Of a stretch of 64,000 nucleotides of DNA, positions 54,540 through 64,000 are shown in pieces. Positions within the stretch are counted from its first letter, which is position 1, and each line of letters begins with the position of its first letter. The notes beneath the pieces are model-generated. The model searched no databases. It was not told the origin of the DNA and worked only from the letters and a program-made list of their open reading frames with translations. The DNA is from Eledone cirrhosa (taxonomy: Eukaryota): contig OZ024748.1 of NCBI GenBank assembly GCA_964016885.1, positions 49,538,001-49,602,000 of the forward strand, written 5' to 3'. The position numbers and the translations under genes are program-made.

Positions 54540-55320
54540 AATAGAGAAGGCGTTTCCCCGGAGGATGGTAAGGGAGATGCGCTGGAAGAACCATTCCAAC
54601 TCGCGAGGCTCACATCTGCGGTTGGCCAGCTCAGTGCCTATGGTGGTGAGTAGGGAGGTAGCTCTAGGGCCAAGGAAACTAGAAATCTCCACTGCCAAGG
54701 GCACGACCGCGAACATGTCCAAGAGCGACCGGTACTTGGAGAGTTTGGCCTCCTCAGCCCGACGTGCAGCAGAACCTGGGTTAGTTGCAGACTGCAACAG
54801 GCTGCGGCTGGAGAAAGTGTCGGTGTAAGTGACATCCCAGAGGAGGGTTTTGCCACGGCGGAACGGGAAGATGGTCATGCCATCTGGCCTTTTGCCGTCT
54901 CCTCGGTCCAGCCCCACCGGCTTGAGCTGGGGGGGGGGGGGGACTGCTACGTCCAAGCCATGCTTTATGACCTCGTTGAGAGCAGCATGGCGTGTAAGGC
55001 GGCCAGCACTGTGGCGACAGGAAAGTGGGTGGAGGCCAAAAGAGTCTACGGTGGATACACAGCGACATTTGTGTGGCTCGCAGATCCGGAGGCCAAGCCT
55101 CGGGGAAACGCCGCTGCGCAGGTTATCGTTATCCAGCTGCGTGCCAGTGGAGAAGGAGGGTAAAGCATGCAGCCAGGCACCACTGTAGGGTGTTGAGGCC
55201 GCACGTAAACAGGCAAGGCGGTGCTGGTTGAGCTGGGGCGTGAACCTGTCTAATGCCAGGCTGCACTAGATGGCATCCCAAATGCTTTGGGGGGACTTGA
55301 CATCAGCAGGGAGAGAAGGA
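54540..55320 (-). mobile_element. 3' fragment of a CRE-like non-LTR retrotransposon (Zn knuckle + restriction-like endonuclease)
   Basis: PVGLDRGDGKRPDGMTIFPFRRGKTLLWDVT...AARRAEEAKLSKY...FFQRISLTILRGNA. Confidence 0.85.
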
Positions 55321-55362
55321 GGAGGGACGTCTACAGAATTTTGGCAAACATTAAATTTAGAG

Positions 55363-55667
55363 CAGGGGTTTCCATCCTTTTTGCATTATCGCCCGCTCTC
55401 ACACGGAAAACTTTTCCATCACCCACCTGTATAGTAAATATTCAAAAGCATACCAAAAATGTTTGGTAAAAGTTTGTTGCTAGTACATTATTCCCAACTC
55501 GCCTCCTGTTTTATTATTTTATTATTTTTTTTTTATACAGGCTCTTTGCATATCTCCTCATATTTTTAAAGGGTTAGCATTGAAATACCTTCTGATATTT
55601 CCAATTGCAATGTTCAGTTGCTTATCATCCACCCAGAAGTTGAAATCTCTCAAGTTGGGAAACCCTG
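55363..55667. mobile_element. hAT (Charlie-type) MITE
   Basis: TIRs CAGGGGTTTCCA / TGGGAAACCCTG; TSD ATTTAGAG / CTTTAGAG. Confidence 0.75.
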
Positions 55668-56078
55668 CTTTAGAGAGACTTCCCTACTTCCAAGTGAAGA
55701 GTTTATGTAGATTTCATATTGACATTAAACTGAAAGTTCTGAGACGAAGGAAGATTCGTGTTAAGAAAGGCATGTTTTGACTACACACATGCATAAACAT
55801 AGATATATACATACACATATATATATACACAGATATATACATACGCATATATATATATACACACACATATATATATCCAAAATTAAATTAAGGGTGTCAT
55901 GTCCGAGAGACATGCGCCATATCCACTGTAGATATTTGAAGTTCTAGTTAAACTTTAATTAGTTACCTACTTAGCTGTGTGTGCTTACACACTTTACAAA
56001 TTATCCCCTGTGATAGTTTCATGTGTTTATTTTAGATATATATATACGTCAATCAATTTCTAGTTCATATATATATAT

Positions 56079-56266
56079 AACGAAGGAAATGTGGTAAGGA
56101 ACCAGGTGGACCATAACGCACCAAAGTACTCGATACTTGAGGCAGTAGAGTGGGTAATAGGAACCAGTAAGACCCCGACAGCTGAGCTCAAGCCGTTTCG
56201 ACGGCTAATTCTGCAGAATTAGCCGTCGAAACGGCTTGAGCTCAGCTGTCGGGGTCTTACTGGTTC
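56079..56266 (-). mobile_element. Family D fold-back element, perfect ~106-bp palindrome
   Basis: 56161-56266 is self-complementary around AATTCTGCAGAATT. Confidence 0.9.
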
Positions 56267-56339
56267 ATATATATATATATATATATAGATACACACATTT
56301 ATATATATACATCTGTTCTTGGCCCCCTTTTGTTTGTGG

Positions 56340-57305
56340 CATAGATGCCAACTTAAAGAATGCCACAGTACTGAAATACGCAGATGACACGAAGCTGTAC
56401 CTTGACATAAAAAGGACAGATCCTGAACACTATAGATCTTGCTTGCAGTCTGACCTGGACACAATGCAACAATGGATCACAGACTGGCAACTCAAGCTAG
56501 CTGTGGACAAGTGCACCACCATGCATTTTGGGAGTAAAAACCCAGCCTCCACATACTCCCTCCACAGCACTAATATCAAGAAGTCTTCTTGTGAACGTGA
56601 CCTGGGCATTACGGTCAGCAGCGATTTGCGTTGGACGAAGCACGTCTCTAAAATTGTCAAGAGGGCCGAGGGTGTCTTAGCATCACTCAGCTGTACATGG
56701 CTATGGTGCAGACACACTTAGAATTTGCATCACCAGTCTGGAACCCCTATCTTGCTCAGAACATTGACCGCCTGGAAACTGTTCAGAGACATGCAACCAA
56801 GCGAATACCCTCCATCAGGCATCTACCATACTCTGAGCGCATTGCTTCCCTGGGCATGGATACATTGAATCTCCGACGCCTGGCAACTGACTTGGTAAAC
56901 ACCCACAAAATTATTAACCATCTTGCCAACAACAATCCGGAGTACCTTTTTGATTTCCAAGTGTCTAACACACGTGGGCATGCCAACAAAGTCAGAAAAC
57001 AGCACGGTTCCCATGACTTTCGGAAACAATTTTTCACGCTCAGAGTTGCTGAAGCATGGAACAAACAACCTGCATCAGTTGTTAACTGTCGAGACACTGC
57101 ATCCTTTAAAACCTCCATGCTTCCTGAGATTCGCCAACACTACACCTAATACTCCCCTCCACACACATACACACATGTATATCATGACTCATACACTATT
57201 CACTTCCCTGACATTTGTATATTATTCTATGTACTATACATGCACCTTTGACGAGTTGTAGTGCACCTGAGTACTTTACACAATTATTTCATTATTATTA
57301 TATTA
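56340..57305 (+). mobile_element. 5'-truncated CR1-clade LINE, disrupted RT C-terminal region with an (ATT)n tail
   Basis: KYADDTKLY, LQSDLD..WQLKLAVDKC, ERDLGITVSSDL, HLEFASPVWNPY, LETVQRHATKRIP, FFTLRVAEAWNK. Confidence 0.9.
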
Positions 57306-57858
57306 TATAAACATATACCTATACATACACATATATACACATACATGCACATGCACATATACACATACGCATACATACACATATATACATATGTATACAT
57401 ATGCATACACATGTATACACATCTACACATATATATAGACATGTATAAACATGTATACATACTAATACAAATATATACACGCACACTCATGGACGACAAT
57501 AAAAAGGCATATATTAAAATAAACACAGGTGTAAGGGCGGTGGGTTGGCATTATCAGTGGAGCGTCGAACAACATGCTTGATGGCATAGAGTTACGACCC
57601 TTTATGATCTGAGTTCAAATCCTGCCGAAGTTAGCTTTGTCTTTCATACTTACGGGGTGAATAAAATGAAGTACCAGTAATGCACTGGGTCGATTTATCG
57701 ACTTTTCCCTTCCCCAAAAATGTTGGTCTTGCGCCTAAAATCAGAAACACCGGTGTGGACACACCCGATCACACACAAACACACGAACATCATACACTCA
57801 GAGTCCAGAAATAGCCGTCGAAACGGCTTGAGCTCTGCCGTCGGTTAAGCATTAACAT

Positions 57859-57932
<74 letters not shown>

Positions 57933-57974
57933 GATATTAAACAAATGGAAACTATATTTATAAAACCATATTTA

Positions 57975-58036
57975 TTTCATTATACATATTTCAGGGATAC
58001 CATATTAAAAATATGGCATGGCTTCGTCAGATAAAA
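57975..58036 (-). ncRNA. Hammerhead motif (family C)
   Basis: Minus strand: TTTTAT-CTGACGA-AG..TGCCATATT/TTT/AATATGGTA..CT-GAAA-TATGTA-TA-ATGAAA. Confidence 0.75.
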
Positions 58037-58163
58037 TACAATATATAACCAGTTTTATAAATAATTTTGACGTATATCTACTCCAAAAACTTGTCGAGTG
58101 CTTTATATCAGTTATAAAATATTTACTTGTTGTAACCCAACAATTTTAAATAAAACTGTTGCA

Positions 58164-58220
<57 letters not shown>

Positions 58221-58552
58221 TTCTGAAGACACCATATATATATGTGTAGGTATGTATATTCCCTCTGATAGTTTGTAAATTTTTTACATATATCTATATG
58301 ATATACATACCAACACACACATATATCCTAGAAACGATCGTAAAATGATGAATTTTTTTAATATAAGGAACTGTTTCTTTGTTTTTAATCATTATTTTTA
58401 TTAATTTATCTTGACTGTTTTCCTGTGTTTTTCATCGAAAAAATTTTGAATACATCTTCTCTTTTCATGATATTTGGATTACATTGTGTTCTTCATACGG
58501 ATTGGACACTACCGTATATTTTGGTAGATTTATCTATATATATATATATGTA

Positions 58553-59407
<855 letters not shown>

Positions 59408-59527
59408 TATATATATATATATATATATAGTAATAATAATAAATTTGAAGACTAAAATCCAAAGAGGGCTCAATAAGTATATATCAAATAGCAGCGATTC
59501 TTTGCTTAAACTTTAATCTGTTATTTT

Positions 59528-59599
<72 letters not shown>

Positions 59600-59638
59600 C
59601 ATTAACAAATGGAAACTATATTTATAAAACCATATTTA

Positions 59639-59699
59639 TTTCATTATACATATTTCAAGGACACCAAAGCAAATTATGGTGCGCTTTCATCAGATAAAA
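59639..59699 (-). ncRNA. Hammerhead motif (family C)
   Basis: Minus strand: TTTTAT-CTGATGA-AAG..CACCA/loop/TGGTG..CTT-GAAA-TATGTA-TA-ATGAAA. Confidence 0.75.
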
Positions 59700-60124
59700 T
59701 ATAATATAGATCAGTTTTATAAACAAATATTGACATACCCTTAAAGAATGCAACCATGTCGGTTGGAAGCTCCCGGATAGTGGGGTTACTAATTTTATTA
59801 TTGGTCTATTATGCAAATTAGTGTCGGAAAGGTTTAAATCCCATACATTTAAATTAAGCCGTTGGAATAGGGAAAAAAAGAAAAGGAAAAGGAAAAAGAA
59901 AGAACGAAAGAAAAACAAAAGAAAAGAAAGAGAAAGAGAGAAAACCCTAAGTGATTGAAATATGTATAATGAAATAAATATGGTTTTATAAATATAGTTT
60001 CCATTTGTTAATATATTGTATTTTTACTCCAAAAATTTGTTGAGTGCTTTATATCAGTTATAAAAATATTTGTTTGTTGAATCCCAACAAATTAAACTTC
60101 TACATATACATATAAATATATGTA

Positions 60125-60165
<41 letters not shown>

Positions 60166-60171
<6 letters not shown>

Positions 60172-60743
60172 ATACTTTGGGAGGGTCATGTTTCCAATAA
60201 GAAACACCCGCACCAGTTGCTTTCACTTCAATTTATTATAATAAATTTATAAATTTAGGAATTTATAAATTTCCGGGTGGTTGGTTGGTTGGTTCCACAA
60301 CCAGATGGTTGTTTATATATTGTCAAAGTTCTTTCGTCACACATTCTGTGACCTCTTCAGTGACTGGGGGTTCTTTTCTTTGTTTTTTGTGCCTCTCCTT
60401 TGTTCTGTCCTACGCCATCTTCAAACAAGATGGCGTAGGACAGAACAATGGAGAGGCACAAAAAAAAACAAAAAACAAAGAAAAGAACCCCCAGTCACTG
60501 AAGAGGTCACAGAATGTGTGACGAAAGAACTTTGACAATATATAAACAACCATCTGGTTGTGGAACCAACCAACCAACCGGAAATTTATAAATTCCTAAA
60601 TTTATAAATTTATTATAATAAATTGAAGTGAAACCACTGGTGCGTGTGTTTCTTATTGGCAACATGACCCTCCCAAAGTATAACAATATCGGTTTCAACA
60701 CACGTTTTCAGATAAAGAATCTTGCTAAACAAATTCAGAAACG

Positions 60744-60747
<4 letters not shown>
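60166..60747. mobile_element. Head-to-head palindromic dimer of the family B element, with two hammerhead motifs (60322-60364 minus, 60494-60536 plus)
   Basis: ~255-bp arms meet at CGCCATCTT-CAAAC-AAGATGGCG; (TA)n on both outer sides. Confidence 0.9.
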
Positions 60748-60783
<36 letters not shown>

Positions 60784-61009
60784 GTAAAGTAAACGAAAAG
60801 TTGATTTTACAATCAATTTAAAATAGGTATGGCAGAATATCTCATACAAACTATCAGGGACAGCGATTGTGTGACGAAGTTAAGATCAATAGATATACGT
60901 AATAGATATACGTAATAGATATACGTAAATTTTCATTTGATGTATGTATGTATGTAATTAGTAGACAGTATGTCTGTTTATTTATGTATGTATGTAATGA
61001 GTGTGTGTG

Positions 61010-61410
61010 TATGTATGTAATACGTTTGTTTATGTATATAAGTATGTAATATGTTTGTTTATGTATATAAGTATGTAATACGTTTGTTTATGTATATAAG
61101 TATGTAATACGTTTGTGTATGTATATAAGTATGTAATACGTTTGTGTATGTATATAAGTATGTAATACGTTTGTGTATGTATATAAGTATGTAATACGTT
61201 TGTGTATGTATATAAGTATGTAATACGTTTGTTTATGTATATAAGTATGTAATACGTTTGTGTATGTATATATGTATGTAATACGTTTGTGTATGTATAT
61301 ATGTATGTAATACGTTTGTGTATGTATATATGTATGTAATACGTTTGTTTATGTATATAAGTATGTAATTCGTTTGTGTATGTATATATGTATGTAATAC
61401 GTTTGTGTAT
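61010..61410. repeat. 29-bp minisatellite derived from (TATG)n
   Basis: GTATGTAATACGTTTGTGTATGTATATAA repeated ~13 times. Confidence 0.9.
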
Positions 61411-61494
61411 GTATGTATGTATGTATGTATGTATGTATGTATGTATGTATGTATGTATGTATGTATGTATGTATGTATGTATGTATGTATGTAT

Positions 61495-62103
61495 GTCAGG
61501 TCAACAGTTGGTGCTACTGGTAACATGTATCCCAGTACAACCTGTCTCATGGTCGGGTCGTTGGCGACTAAACTGGCAACCCCACCAAGTTTTCTTGGTG
61601 AGGAGGGTGACTTTGGACATCCTGCAGGACTAAAAACAAAACCTGTCAAAAGGCAAAGGAGCTCTTAAGAGTCAATGGCCATCCAAAATCACCGGGAGAG
61701 ATGACCCCTTAGCCTTTGTCAAGGCAGAATTCTAGGAGAAGGAAAACTCTGATATAACACCTGCAACTCTGATGGTATCCAATGATGTTGACTTGTCATT
61801 CTTTTTGATAAATATCATCTTGGTTAAGAGAGTGGGACTGGCTTTGTGCAGTGCCTTTGCTCACTATAAAAGCTTCCCAGCACAGGTATTGCTTTATATC
61901 TGGAGATCTCTCTGCACTTGTCGTCACATGGTACCATGGGCCCAGCACTATGTGTCAATAATTGTCGCAAGTGTAGTGTTTGTACCAGAGTTTTCAAGTC
62001 GCTGGCTGGACTAAAAAGTCACACTCGTTCAGCGTATCGGTAGGAGTTCTCCTACATGGATATAAAGTAGTGGCCGTACTCGAAAACGAGTTGGCAGCCA
62101 CCA
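61495..62103 (+). mobile_element. Longest copy of the ~600-bp RTE-derived non-autonomous element
   Basis: The 5' part is homologous to the RTE 5'UTR. The 3' part encodes a Zn-finger-like remnant (C..C.VCTRVFKSLAGLKSHTR) like the LINE C-terminus (CKSLAGLKSHIR). (TATG)n flanks. Confidence 0.92.
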
Positions 62104-62226
62104 TGTATGTATGTAACAAGTATATGTGTGTATATATGTACATACAGGAATTGTGACTAAGACAGATTAAATTTCCTTATTTTAATTAACTCTTTGTATA
62201 TACCACACACACACACACACATATAT

Positions 62227-62317
<91 letters not shown>

Positions 62318-62320
62318 CAC

Positions 62321-62355
<35 letters not shown>

Positions 62356-62445
62356 CATATATATATATATATACTGTATATATATATATACTGTGTGTGT
62401 ATATATATATATATATATACACATATATACATACATATATATACA

Positions 62446-62483
<38 letters not shown>

Positions 62484-62517
62484 CATATATATATATACTG
62501 TATATATATATATACTG

Positions 62518-62548
<31 letters not shown>

Positions 62549-62636
62549 GTATATATATATACTGTATATATATATATATATATACATACATATATATACA
62601 TATATATACATACATATATATACATATATATATATA

Positions 62637-62697
<61 letters not shown>

Positions 62698-62733
62698 TAT
62701 ACATACATATATATACATATATATATATATATA

Positions 62734-62795
<62 letters not shown>

Positions 62796-63214
62796 TGAGA
62801 GAGAGAGAGAGGTGGGGGAGATACAGAGATGCAGACATGTTTTGTAATTGATTGAATAAATATGTATGTGTTAACAAGATCGTGTGTAATTATCATTAGA
62901 GTCACTAATTATCTTCTGCTAAATGTCTGACATTTAGTACTATCATATATTATAGGTAGAAACAACTGTACCTAGTTAACTACTTCACACACCATTCTTA
63001 CCTCGTTACACTATCACATATATCTTCTTCTTCTTCTTCTTCTTCTTCTTCTTTTTCTTCTTTTTCTTCTTTTTTCTCCCTTTTTTTTCCTTTTCCTTTT
63101 TCTTCTTTTTTCTTTTTCTTCTTTTTCTTCTTTTTTTTTCTTTTCCTTTTTCTTTTTCTTCTTTTTCTTTTTCTTTTTGTTTCTTCTTCTTCTCCCCACC
63201 TCCCTGCTCCTCCT

Positions 63215-63285
<71 letters not shown>

Positions 63286-63288
<3 letters not shown>

Positions 63289-63482
63289 CGAGTAGGACCC
63301 CGACGGCTGAGCTCAAGCCGTTTCGACGGCTAATTCTGGACTAGTAGTCCAGAATTAGCCGTTTCGACGGCTTGAGCTCAGCCGTCGGGGTCCTACTCGT
63401 TCCTATTACCCACTCTACTACCCTAAGTATTGAGTACTTTGGTGCGTTATGGTCCACCTGGTTCCTTACCACATTTCCTTCG

Positions 63483-63484
<2 letters not shown>
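63286..63484 (+). mobile_element. Family D fold-back element
   Basis: Arms meet at GGCTAATTCTGGA-CTAGTAG-TCCAGAATTAGCC; (TA)n on both sides. Confidence 0.9.
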
Positions 63485-63518
<34 letters not shown>

Positions 63519-63522
<4 letters not shown>

Positions 63523-63835
63523 GTTTCTACTTTAGGCACAAGGCCAGCAATTACCCAGTGCATTACTGGTACTTTATTTTATCGACCCCGTAAGGATGAA
63601 AGGCAAAGTCAACCTCGGCGGGATATATATAATACACGTGTTTCTAAAAATCCTCAACAGACATTTAAATCTGGTGTTTTTATCTACAGTACATTCTGAG
63701 TTACGGCCCTTGCCATTCTGAGTTCGAATCCCGCCGAGCTTAACTTTGCCTTTCATCCTTACGGGGTCGATAAAATAAAGTACCAGTAATGCACTGGGTA
63801 ATTGCTGGCCTTGTGCCTAACGTAGAAACAATTAT
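63519..63835. mobile_element. Inverted pair of SINE fragments (~105-bp complementary arms)
   Basis: 63519-63624 is the reverse complement of 63728-63833 with few mismatches. Confidence 0.88.
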
Positions 63836-64000
63836 ATCTTAATACATAGGCTTCTTCACCTGATTGCATTAGCCTGTAGAGATGTGAGGGCAGAGGGTGT
63901 AACAACCCCGGGCATCTATTTCAGGGCAAGTGTGGAGTGGCATCAAACCAAATATTCATGCAGGGTTATCCATTTAATACGGTTGCTGAGTTCAGGGCCC

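Overview
AT-rich, microsatellite-saturated animal genomic DNA. The SINE, LINE and microsatellite repertoire suggests a coleoid cephalopod such as Octopus; this is an inference. The only host-gene piece I can support is the first coding exon of an SLC6 neutral amino-acid-type transporter (33071-33284, +), and the following >30 kb looks like its intron. Nearly all long ORFs in the track are artefacts of simple repeats. Two mobile-element systems stand out, each tied to a different microsatellite. (1) A near full-length but disrupted RTE-clade LINE (11330-15294, -), an ORF-less 5'+3' derivative of it, and seven copies of a related ~600-bp non-autonomous element. Almost all sit in (TATG)n tracts, and they share a structured 5' leader that is a candidate self-cleaving ribozyme. 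(2) At least four families of short elements in (TA)n tracts carrying minimal hammerhead ribozyme motifs (probably Penelope-like termini), often as fold-back palindromes, one family turning repeatedly at the same hairpin. Also present: decayed CR1, CRE-like, R4/Dong-like and Rex3/Expander-like LINE fragments, tRNA-derived SINEs, hAT-type MITEs, and 78-bp and 90-bp tandem arrays. All coordinates were read by eye and may be off by a few bases.
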